Positions 48,751 through 60,900 of a stretch of DNA of 64,000 nucleotides are shown here, piece after piece. Each line of letters starts with the position of its first letter. Position 1 is the first letter of the stretch. A model generated the notes under the pieces. It ran no database searches. It had not been told where the DNA came from and saw only the letters and a list, made by a program, of their open reading frames with translations. A program made the translations under genes and the position numbers. Source of the stretch: Macrostomum lignano. Its lineage: Eukaryota. The stretch spans positions 1-64,000 of the forward strand of contig NIVC01003342.1 in the NCBI GenBank assembly GCA_002269645.1. Direction: 5' to 3'.

Positions 48751-49825
48751 TGATGTTTTCCTTATTACCAGTCCTCAACTGTAATCAAGGAACAATCACT
48801 TCTAGCTCTGTAGCTAGGCAACCCAGTAATCAAATGAAGGTATTCAATTACCTTTGAGTCCTTAAATGAGAGCTCTCGTAATAATCCTCGTCCGTAGTAT
48901 CGCGATCAGTAACTTTCCTGTCCTTCAGGAAGTTTAGGCGCCTGGTAACAGTTGATCTGGTCCGTTATCTCCTTTGTCCTCTTGACTTCTTGCCGGCCGG
49001 TATCTGTAGTTCGGACCAATCGGAAGCTTCCAAATTAACAATGGGGATCCCTGCGCCGAACTGCGGTTTAATATAAGCCTACTCCTTCCAGTAGTGCCTC
49101 TCTGCACTCTAGGTATAGCTCCGGAAACCACTGATAGTCTTCTAAGACCTATCAGGGGCAGTCCTTCTGGAGACTGCAACCAGTGGAGTCTAAACAGACT
49201 CAAGAGTCTCAGCAGACTCAAATAAACTCAAGTCTCAATAGACTTGAGCGAGACGTCTCAACCAACGGGCGCAAATGAGTAAGGCTTACCGCAAGAACTC
49301 GTCCACGATGCGAGTTTCTTCAGGAAGGCTTCACTAGAGCTTCCTCTTCGGAGCTTCTCTCCCTTGGAGATTTTGTGGCTCCGGGTCCGTTCCGGACCAC
49401 TTGTATTTATAGGCGTTCAGACCTCTCTCGAGGTCGTACATCACTGTCTTCGCAAATGTCAAAGGGTCACGATTCGGTGGCTGTCAAGCATGACAGGGTA
49501 GAAAGTTGCGCAACTAGTCTACTGTAAAAGCGCATGATTGGTTACCGTAGCTGGTAGACTTTGATTGGTTCATCCGGGTGCAACCCGAGTGCAAACAAAA
49601 TGATGACTTGAAGGTGGGGTTTGAATTGACAGTTGTTGGTCGCACGTGATTGGGTGATTTCTAAAATTAGCATGCTCGAGGTCTCTCTCTTCCTATTGGT
49701 TAGTCCGAATATACTTATAGTTCAAAGCATACCTTCATTCATGCTCTTCAATTTACTACTAAATAAATGTGTGAGTAGTACATTAACACTTTTATGTCTT
49801 CTTACGGGAGGTAGAACACTCTACA
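48751..49825 (-). repeat. 5' LTR (1075 bp)
   Basis: Direct repeat of 39133-40205, followed by the PBS on the minus strand. Confidence 0.95.
49404..49411 (-). promoter_or_regulatory. Probable LTR TATA box (TATAAATA) with upstream CCAAT boxes
   Basis: Plus-strand tatttata. Several gattgg (CCAATC on minus) lie 5' of it in U3. The same motif is at 39784-39791. Confidence 0.5.
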
Positions 49826-50594
49826 CTTTTTAGAAAAAATAGAAAATTGAATAATTGAAAAAAATTAAAAAAACAAATATTTTTTTAAAAGTTCAAGATT
49901 TGAAGTTCACCTTACCTTAAAAAAACTTTTTACTCAACCTTTTATAGAATAGGAGATAGGACTTCATAGGTAAAGTAGGCTAATAAGAACATCTTGAAAA
50001 ATAATATATATACTAATTTTGCGCTGTATTTGTGTGTGCATGCGTGTAATTGATTTTTTTGAGAATGGCTCAACTGATTCTCTTCAAACTTGCACCATTT
50101 GATCAGAAATTTTCCTGGGACGGTACATGCATCTTGGCTAAGAAATTGCTCAATGTTAAAGGGATTAAATATTCAAAAAACATGATTTTCTGCAAAGGTC
50201 AAGCAGCTCTTTCAACCTGAAATGCATTGTAAGAATGCTAGAGAAAAACCTGACTGGCTGAATTTCAATTCTGATAAAGATTGCATCACAACAAGTTGAA
50301 AACAGTGCCAAAGAAATGCACACATGACTTGATTTAAATTGCGTAACCATATTGCTAACTTAAATTGAGACTGATACTGGCTGACTGAGAAATCAATTAT
50401 GTCATAACTTTTTATCCTAACCAACTTGCTATAAGTATTGAATTATAAGGGCCCCAATTCATGTTCTCCAATTGAAAAGAGATAGCCTAGATGCAAACAG
50501 ACTGGACTGCTAATGTAGCGACCAGGGTTTGAATCTAAGTAGTGCATGATAACTTTTTTATTAAAACACCTTAAAAACACAAAATGCTAAACAT

Positions 50595-50800
50595 AAAAGA
50601 AGCGCAATGTCAAACATAGAAGAGCCACCATGTTGAACATTAAAGAGCCACCATGTCAAATGTAAAAGAGCCACTATGTCTAATATAAAAGAGCCATGTC
50701 TAACATAAAAGAGCCACTATGTCTAACATAAAAGAGCCACCATGTCAAACATAGAAGAGCCACCATGTCAAACATAAGAGAGCCACCATGTCAAACATAA
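50595..50800. repeat. About 24-bp degenerate minisatellite (aaagagccaccatgtcaaacat)
   Basis: About 8 copies visible. Confidence 0.8.
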
Positions 50801-53800
50801 AGATATACAATTTCAAATGTAAAGGTATAAAGCGCCATGCCAATTTAAAGGAGCCACCATTAAGCTAAGGAAATTGTTGCACTAGCTACTTATTGTCTGG
50901 TGGATGCTTGCTATTTGGGGATGCTTGCTATCTGGGGGATGCTTGCGGTCTTGGGATGATTTCTTTTTGCAATGCACTTCATTTGAGCAATTTGTCTGTT
51001 GTCTTTGTGAAGGATTCTTTGGCTGTCTTTTTGTTACTTGTAGAGAACAGAGATTCTATCTAGATGTCCCCCATTGGGGACGAAGATTACTAGTAGCTAC
51101 TAACTATTGTCTAGACCTATAAGTACCATAATTTGAATCATATTGAGTGCATATCAGAATTTACACAGTAACTAAATTTTGGTATGAATGATATATTCTA
51201 AACTAATAATAACTAACACAATTTTTTTTCCTTATATTAGGCCCCGCCTAGGCTTTTTTGTTCTACTTATAGGTCTAAAATTTAGATAGAAAATGTATAT
51301 AACTATGGCTAATTGGTTCTTACCAATGTTCAACAGATATTAAAATATACATAACAGGAGTGGGGCGGCTAACCAAGGGTAAGGCGTGGGTGAATCATCA
51401 TGCGAAATCATGCTATTTGCTTATTTTGATATGTAGATTGGCTATGCACATTTTAACATATTTCTATCGTATTCTAATGCATTTCTATCAGGCCAAAGTT
51501 ATTTGTATGATAGAAACTAATATAGATGGTCTACAATTAATTTGTTAAATAATAATAATATAGAATTTTGTAAAACCAAATATTTTTTTGCTTGTAATTT
51601 AAATAATAAATGAGTAGGCCTAATGTGTCGTAGTTTGAAAGAAGCTATTGGCAGAGTTTATTCAAGCATAGGAAATTATAACATAAGTGAGAGGCTGAGA
51701 ACGAAAGCTTAAGAATATATAGCTGGTTGCTACCATAGACATAAAAAGGATATGATTGGGTAAAGTTCAACAATGTTAGCTCTAGCTAGCAGCCACTACC
51801 ACATAATGCTTTAGCCTATAGATAGCCCATTATTGTTAGGCCTATCTCTTAATTAAGTTAAAGCTAGGCCCCCCTATAAAAGTTATAAAATTTCATAGAT
51901 AGGGCCTAGACTAAATATTATTCTAATTTGACTATAAATAGTAATAGAATATAATATGATATGTAGGTAGGCCCTAATCACTTTACAGGCAAACTAAATA
52001 AATATTAAACATCAACCTACTTAATTCAAAAGTATAGGCCCTAGACTAAAATATCCTATATTTTTTGTCACAATCTCTAAATTTCTATCCACTTTGACTA
52101 TGAAATTAGAAATTAAAACCAGAAATCATGAAGAAACACTATTTGCTATTAGGCCTACTAAAGAAGTACCCTGTCCCTGGCCTGGCTGCCTAGCATGAGA
52201 ATTTCAATATGGTCTTATGGATTTTGTGTATAATAAAAGGTTAGATTAAATAAATTATAGTTAACTTGTATTACAAGGTTAGGTTAGGCCTAGCCTAGTA
52301 ATGAGGATAAATAAATTATAAACAACTAATAAGGATTGTTAATTTAGGCCTAATGTGTTTTCTTTGCAGTTGCTATACAAATCATGGCTTTTAAAGATGA
52401 CCTTGCTAAAGTGGCCTTAAGAGTTAGAAGTCGAAGGCTATAAGTTTGTTTTTTAGGTCAAAAACTTTTGATTTTTTGACTTTAGGCAAATTTTTGAGCT
52501 TTAAACAAAAGTGCTTCTGGAAAAGTTTATAGTACATGCTCCTTGCTCCGTGAGCCCTGGAGCCTGGAGTCAGGTCGTCGTCGAGAATGATCCGAGGGAT
52601 TCGGTGAATTCTTCTCTTTAAATTTTTATAGACCATCACGAGCCTAAAACCCGGAACTTTGACAGCTTTCTTTTTTATTAGGGTTTATGGTCGGTTGATT
52701 ACTGTATTGCAGCATTTTAATTGGCTAACCATATCATGATATAATATATCTGTATGATGATATATGAGTTTTTGCTGCATTTATTTGTGAGATATTCCAG
52801 CAAAACTGTATATACTGCTGTCGGTGTAAAGGATTAAGTCGAAAAGCTGAATAACTTTGACAATTCGTTGTATTTTTCAGCAATATTCAAATAATAATTA
52901 GTGTCAACTCAGTTTGCAGGTCTAACATGGCGTTTTAGGTGGGAAAACGAATCCTGGCTCAATTAGAGTCTGCCCATACAGCCCATTTCAATCAGCCCAT
53001 ATATGTAATTTTGAAGGTCTACACCTTTTAAAGTTTGAGTTCTGACTACATGGATCTAAAGTCAGTGGAGCAGTCAATGAATGACTATAAGATGCTGTAG
53101 TCAAAGTGGTTCCGGCTCAGACTCAGCTTGATATGGTAAAATTTCCGCAAAATTAGGGGCACATAGTTGTGTGTGCGGCTTGCACGCCGCCTAGAGTTCT
53201 TGCGGTCTGATTGGCTGATTGTCCGTTTGTCTGTCTGCCCAGACCGGCCTAGGCCGGCTGTGGGGTCTGATGTTTGCTGAATCATGCTAGTTAGTTTAAC
53301 TTTAACATATACTCAACAACATTAAAAGGCGCCACTCAATGCACCAGTGAGCAACTACTCTTGGACTATTGTGAAATAAAAGATACGAGAAAACTGATCG
53401 TGGTAGTTTTAATCCGTCCAACCCTCGCACGCCGCTCCCCCCACTTCATTCCTCAACTCAAGTCTGCGCGGTGTATAGCTAAGTTGCGTCACTCGCAAAG
53501 ATTGAGAGACTTTACCTGCTCTCTCAAAACTGGCGACCACAGACGGAATCTTCTGTGATGGCGAATTTTCGATGTTGCTGAGTGTAAGTGCGCACCGGCC
53601 TTTCAAGCCTTTGTGACTTTTTCTACCCTGCAATCACTTCTCGCATCGAGTTCATTTGGCCACGTTGCCTCAAAGTACAACAATCGTCAAATGAAGTGCA
53701 CTCAGCTGTCATTGATTCTGCTATGTACTCGGACATGTACATATACCAGCGTAGTGTATTAGCAATTTGGATCCCAAAACTTTAAAAACGTCAAGAAAGA

Positions 53801-54444
53801 ACTTTAAGAAGGCCATGGGATGTTACACTACAAAAGTAGACACATTTTCGTCTTAAAAAGTGCATATAAAAGTTGTTTTCTTGCAACGAAGTGCATCTTA
53901 AACAGTTTTATTAATTTGGTAATTTCCTAAAGGAATAATATAGTTAATATTATAAAGTTATTGCACGCTAATCAGTATCATAGCTCTTTACGTTGTAAAT
54001 CTAGCTGATTAACACTGTGGAATTGAAATAAAGCTTACGCACATGAATAATAATATGTTTTGTACAAGTATATACTCCGGTGCATCTCGTAATATAGAAT
54101 ATAACAATAATAGAATAAAACCAAATGCAGACTGTCGATATAAATTCTATAAAGACCAAATGCACACACACTTTATTTGGATAAAAGACTGACAAAAGTT
54201 TCAGCTAAAAATTGACCTGGAACACTACCGCAAAATGCACTTTTATATTTATAACTATGAATACCTGAACTCCTAAATAGTTGATGAAAAATTTGAAGCT
54301 TAACATTGAATAGAAAATATACGAGCGTAGTAACTTTTAATATTTTAATAATAGTGATAACAATAATAATAATAAACACCGGGACAATGAACGAAACAGT
54401 TAAACAATCATCCACAACAAGCTAACAAATCAAACTCAACGACG

Positions 54445-54930
54445 ATCAATCTCAGCTACCTCAGGTTTCAATCCTAGCTGTCAATCTCAGCTATCAATCT
54501 CAGATGTTAATCTCAGCTGTCAATTTCAGCTATCATCTCAGCTGTCAATTTCAGCTATCATCTCAGCTGTCAATCTCAACTATCGATCTTAGCTGTCAAT
54601 TCCAGTTATCAATCTCAACCATCAATCTCAGCTGTCAATTCCAGTTATCAATCTCAGCTGTCAATTCCAGTTATCAATCTCAGCTATCAATCTCAGCTGT
54701 AAATTTCAGCTGTCAATTCCAGTTATCAATTGCAGCTGTCCATTCCAGCTGTCAATTCCAGTTATCAATCTCAGATGTTAATCTCAGCTGTCAATTTCAG
54801 CTATCATCTCAGCTGTCAATCTCAACTATCGATCTTAGCTGTCAAGCGTCAATTCCAGTTATCAATCTCAGCTATCTTAGCTACCAATTCCAGTTATCAA
54901 TTTATCAATCTCAGCTATCAATCTCAGCTG
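54445..54930. repeat. 13-bp-based minisatellite (tcaatctcagctg/tcaattccagtta)
   Basis: Direct. Begins immediately 3' of the FIRRM stop codon. Confidence 0.85.
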
Positions 54931-54932
54931 TA

Positions 54933-57900
54933 TCAGTTAGCTAGCTGGCAAAGCCGGTCAACCAGGCCCGCCAGTCGTTGCTTTTCAAGCAGTCCAGTCA
55001 GCTGGCCGTCGGCTCGCAGCGACTCCAGCTGATCGGTCAGCGAGTCCAGATCGTCTAGCACAGACGAAACGGCCGCGGTCCCGCCGACTAGCCGGGGCTT
55101 CTTAGCGGCCGGAGCCGGCGCGATGCCGCTGACAGAGGCCACACTGCTGCATGTACCACTAGCTGGGACGATCGCGCAAGCTCGGACAGACAGGCGAGTG
55201 TGACTGGGAGCGAATCGTAAATAACAGTTTGTCAGGGCATGGTCGGACATGAGCTGCTGCTGCTGCTGCTGCTGCGGTTGGTTGACCAGCTGGGCAGCCA
55301 GGTCTGCTACCGCTGGATCGCCGACTGAGGCCAGCAGAGCGACCAGACGACCGTGCCAGTCGCTGGGTTCGGCATGACTAAGCAGAGCCGACCAGGCGTT
55401 AATCTCAATCAGCTGTAAGAGCTGCAGATACTGCTGCTGCTGCTGCTGCTGCTGATTGTGATAGAAGAAGCCTGAGAAATTTAGCAACAGGAAAATATGG
55501 CTTTAAACTCGGATAATCTTGCGGTAGTTTCCTTTGCTTCCGATACTCTGAGCAGGAACGGGGTTGCTCACACTTGAGAAAATTCTCCCAGTCTGAGGAC
55601 ATGCCATCGGGTATATAATAAAGAAAAAGCTTGAACTTTAAGAAAAATTTCCGTAGTCAGTTATTAGTTGACTAACCAACCCATCAACTAGCTAACTGAC
55701 TAACTGACTAACAAACAAACAAACAAACAAACAAACAAACAAACAAACAAATTCACTAACTCACTAACTAACTAACTAACTGCACCAGCAGATGCACAAA
55801 GCTTCGCACCCTGTTGCTGCTGCGGCTGCTGCTGCTGAGACTGCCGCCGGTAGCCAGCCACAGCCAGCAGGCAATTGGCCAGAGCAAATCCGATCTGCGA
55901 CCCTAGCGTAGAACAGCCGGACGCCGCCGCAGGCTGAGGAGCAGGACACGACAGGCGGTGCAGCAGCTGCTCAATACCAACAGCGGCCGCCTCAGCCAGC
56001 GGGCGGGCATGCGTGGCCAGAGCGAGGCCGATGCCCGAGGCTAACGCGCCGCATAGAGCGTCAACTAGGTCGCCGGCACATTGCAGTTGGCTGTTTCTGG
56101 CGTCCGAGGAGGCTGGCGCGATGCTCGGCAGGCAGCGGGCGGCGTGGGTCAGCGAGCGGGCCAAGGAGGCGGCCAGACGGTCCGGGAGAAGGCCGCCACC
56201 AGCTGGCAGGTTGGGCACAATGCGCAGCAGTGCGGACTGAGCATGAGGGGAAGTTTGGGCAATTTCGATTCAAATACGACAAACTATTTTTATAAGGTAA
56301 TACATGTATGTGTAAGTCGAGTTTTAACAATTCCTAATAAATAATAATAATAACTGATTACACCTGCCCCGATTGGGCCAGATGTGCAACCGACAGCTCA
56401 GCCGCAGCTATTGCGCGGCGCATCTGAAGGCTGCTTACGGCTGTTCAGTCCAAGGACTGGGGGTCGCCACACACCCTCAATGCTGGCACCCATTTTACTG
56501 AACTGAAGGAATGCAGAGTTAAGTGTCTTGCTCAAGGATACAAAATTTTCCGAGTGTGTCGAGAAACGAACCCCCGACCTTTCAGTCGTGAGTCACTACG
56601 CTCTAACCACTGCTGCAACCCTCTAGAAACTCCTAAAGAACTATACAGAGAGAAGTAAATGATCTGCCTAATGCGCAAAAATCATCTTAAATGCTGTTAA
56701 CCTGTCTCAAAAAAACTTATTAGCTTCTTAGTACATTTTAATTCGTATTAAGCCGATGCAGAGCCAGATGTGTGCAAGTATTCTCCATCTCTTACCAGCC
56801 TGACGCACTCTGCAGACCCGATAACGGCTCCAGCTGAGTAGTTTTCCAATCCGGCGCCAACTAAATTGTCAACAATGCTGGCTAAAATCGATTGAATCTG
56901 CGGCTGCTGCACAGCTGAGGGCGACAAGTTGTTGAAGTTGAGCCACAGATAGAGGCAGTAATGCCGCTCGGCGAACGGGTACTGCTCAACTATGGAGAGC
57001 TGAGGGCAGAGAGAGCAGTTAATTCGTTACTAAATAATTAATTGCTAGGCCAAACTACAGATACTAGAATAACTATAGACGGTCCACTCAGCACATTTGC
57101 ATGTAAGCTACTATTCAGCTCAGTAGTAAGTAAAAACAGAAGCATTTTAATGTATTTCAAGACAAGACTAGTTTACAGGTTCTAACCCCCCACATCTCTG
57201 CCTTGCCTCACCGCCCAATTTTTATTGCCTTCCTTTGTGTGCCAAGCTTAAAGCTGCTGCCATGTACATTTCAGTGGCACTGGCTAATGTACATTATGGA
57301 TGAACCTTGTAGCTTGGCTTATTCTAAACTTATCAAGTCATTTCAACTGCCTTTCTTTTCATAAAATAGCGTCTGTATTCTTCGCTACTACTGAAATCAA
57401 AGTAGGCTGAACACAATTTACTACTTACACTCAGCAGCATGTTCTGCACGCTATGTAAGCTTTTTCGCGACACACTCTATACTTTCTACTTATCAGTAGA
57501 CGAACTCTGACTAAAAGAGTATAAATGCTAGTCAAAAAATATTTTGCAACAATATCGGCTTACAACATCGACATCGCTAGCGAATTTAACAATCCGAGCA
57601 AACAGTCGGCCGGCCAGTTGGTAGCGCTGCTCGGTGGCGCAGCGCCTGTAGTCGAGGCTAGCCAGGCTATTGGCCAAAAGGCCGACCCATTGTGCGCAGA
57701 ATGAGGCAGACGAGTATCTAATTAAGGTAGTTTTTTGGGGGGCGATTTAACTGATATTTACTGTGTTTTCAACATTTGTAGCTGTGCTTTATAAAACAAA
57801 CACAAGCATATCTACCCTCAGGCAATATATCCTTTACACTGCCTGAGGGGGCACCTCTGAAATGTCATATTTCATCTCCAAAAAGCAGCTTCTTTCACGA

Positions 57901-60900
57901 TTCCGACACTGCATCCGTGACACTTCATATCTCAGACACTTTTTATCTTCGACACTTTATATATCCCGACGCTTCATACCTCCGACACTATATCTTCGAC
58001 ACTTTATATATCCCCGACGCTTCATACCTCCGACACTATATCTTCGACACTTTATATATCCCCGACGCTTCACACCTCCGACACTACATCTCCGACACTT
58101 CATATCTCCAACGCTTCATACCTCCGACACTTTATCTTCGACACTTAATATATCCCCGACGCTTCATACCTCCGACACTACATCTCCGACACTTAATATC
58201 TCCGACGCTTCATACCTCCGACACTACATCTCCGACACTTAATATCTCCGACGCTTCATACCTCCGACACTACATCTCCGACACTTAATATCTCCGACGC
58301 TTCATACCTCCGACACTACATCTCCGACACTTAATATCTCCGACGCTTCATACCTCCGACACTACATCTCCGACACTTAATATCTCCGACGCTTCATACC
58401 TCCGACACTATATCTTCGACACTTTATATATCCCCGACGCTTCATACCTCCGACACTACATCTCCGACACTTCATATCTCCGACGCTTCATACCTCCGAC
58501 ACTTTATCTTCGACACTTTATATATCCCCGACGCTTCATACCTCCGACACTACATCTCCGACACTTAATATCTCCGACGCTTCATACCTCCGACACTACA
58601 TCTCCGACACTTAATATCTCCGACGCTTCATACCTCCGACACTACATCTCCGACACTTAATATCTCCGACGCTTCATACATCCGACACTACATCTCCGAC
58701 ACTTAATATCTCCGACGCTTCATACCTCCGACACTACATCTCCGACACTTAATATCTCCGACGCTTCATACATCCGACACTATATCTCCGACGCTTCATA
58801 CCTCCGACACTACATCTCCGACACTTAATATCTCCGACGCTTCATACATCCGACACTATATCTCCGACGCTTCATACGTCCGACACTTTATGTCTGAACT
58901 TCATATCTTCGACAAGCTTAAGGTTAGGGCTAGGGTCAGACTGCTAAACTGATTTGTCGGAGATATGAACTGTCAATCATACTCGAAACAATTTTGTGTA
59001 CCTTAAGCAAGACACTTAACTTTGCATTGCTTCAGTTCACCCAGCTGTAAAATGAGTTACCAGCAATAGCCGAGGTAATTGAGGGCATATGGCGACCCCC
59101 CCCCTCAGGACTGAACAGCCGTACGCAGCTTTCAGATGTGCCGCGCCATTAACCTATTTTTTACCGTTTTCAGATTTATGTTAAAACCTACCTGAGCAGA
59201 AAGCAGAGCACATCAGAAGCAATTAGGTACAGCACAGCGGACGAATCTGGATTGAATAAGATCTTAATCACGACCTTCTCCTGCAATAAAAAAGACCTAT
59301 AATTAGTATTCTGATTACTTTCACGCAATAGGCCGGACTATATTCTTACCAGGTAGGACACTAGACTATTAGGCAGATGACAGGCGCTGGTAATGACGGC
59401 CAGCACAATGCAATGGTAATAATCTAGGCCTGAATGAGCATGGCCAATGTCTAAGGCGCAGTCAAGCAGAGAAAGCTTCGGCGCTGCAATCATTGTCGAT
59501 AGGGTGGCAGTTTAGTTTTCATAAACCGACGGCACAAACATCTGAATATATTAGTACCCTAATTACCTTGCTCAAGAGTCCTGATCAACGAGTCGTAAAG
59601 GTTCGATTCTACAAGTAGGTCGCTTTTGTCCAACCAGAGGCGGCTGTCGTCCAATTCTGAGTAGTATAAAGGTAAACATATCACTTGATTGCCATTTGAA
59701 CTCTGTTAACGAGCCTGGGACTATTTGCACTAATGAGACTGGGACTACTTGCACTAATGAGACTGGGACTATTTGCACTAATGAGACTGGGACTATTTGC
59801 ACTAATGAGACTGGGACTATTTGCACTAATGAGACTGGGACTATTTGCACTAATGAGACTGGGACTATTTGCACTAATGAGACTGGGACTATTTGCACTA
59901 ATGAGACTGGGACTATTTACACTAATGAGACTGGGACTATTTGCACTAATGAGACTGGGACTACTTGCACTAATGAGACTGGGACTATTTGCACTAATGA
60001 GACTGGGACTATTTGCACTAATGAGACTGGGACTACTTGCACTAATGAGACTGGGACTATTTGCACTAATGAGACTGGGACTATTTACACTAATGAGACT
60101 GGGACTATTTACACTAATGAGACTGGGACTATTTGCACTAATGAGACTGGGACTATTTGCACTAATGAGACTGGGACTATTTGCACTAATGAGACTGGGA
60201 CCATTTACACTAATGAGACTGGGACTATTTACACTAATGAGACTGGGACCATTTACACTAATGAGACTGGGACTATTTACACTAATGAGACTGGGACTAA
60301 CTACACTAATGAGACTGGGACTATTTACACTAATGAGACTGGGACTATTTACACTAATGAGACTGGGACTATTTGCACTAATGAGACTGGGACTATTTAC
60401 ACTAATGAGACTGGGACTATTTGCACTAATGAGACTGGGACTATTTACACTAATAAGACTGGGACTATTTGCACTAATGAGACTGGGACTATTTACACTA
60501 ATGAGACTGGGACTAACTACACTAATGAGACTGGGACTATTTACACTAATGAGACTGGGACTATTTGCACTAATGAGACTGGGACTATTTACACTAATGA
60601 GACTGGGACTATTTGCACTAATGAGACTGGGACTATTTACACTAATGAGACTGGGACTAACTACACTAATGAGACTGGGACTAACTACACTAATGAGACT
60701 GGGACTATTTACACTAATGAGACTGGGACTATTTACACTAATGAGACTGGGACTATTTACACTAATGAGACTGGGACTAACTACACTAATGAGACTGGGA
60801 CTAACTACACTAATGAGACTGGGACTATTTACACTAATGAGACTGGGACTATTTGCACTAATGAGACTGGGACTATTTACACTATTGAGACTGGGACTAT

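Larger units (their letters stand above)
39133..49825 (-). mobile_element. Full-length Ty3/gypsy LTR retrotransposon (errantivirus-like) with order LTR-gag-env-pol-RING ORF-LTR
   Basis: Two TG...CA LTRs, TSD CTTT (39129-32 and 49826-29), PBS starting TGGTGA, gag with a CCHC knuckle, and pol in the order PR-RT-RH-IN. Confidence 0.97.
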
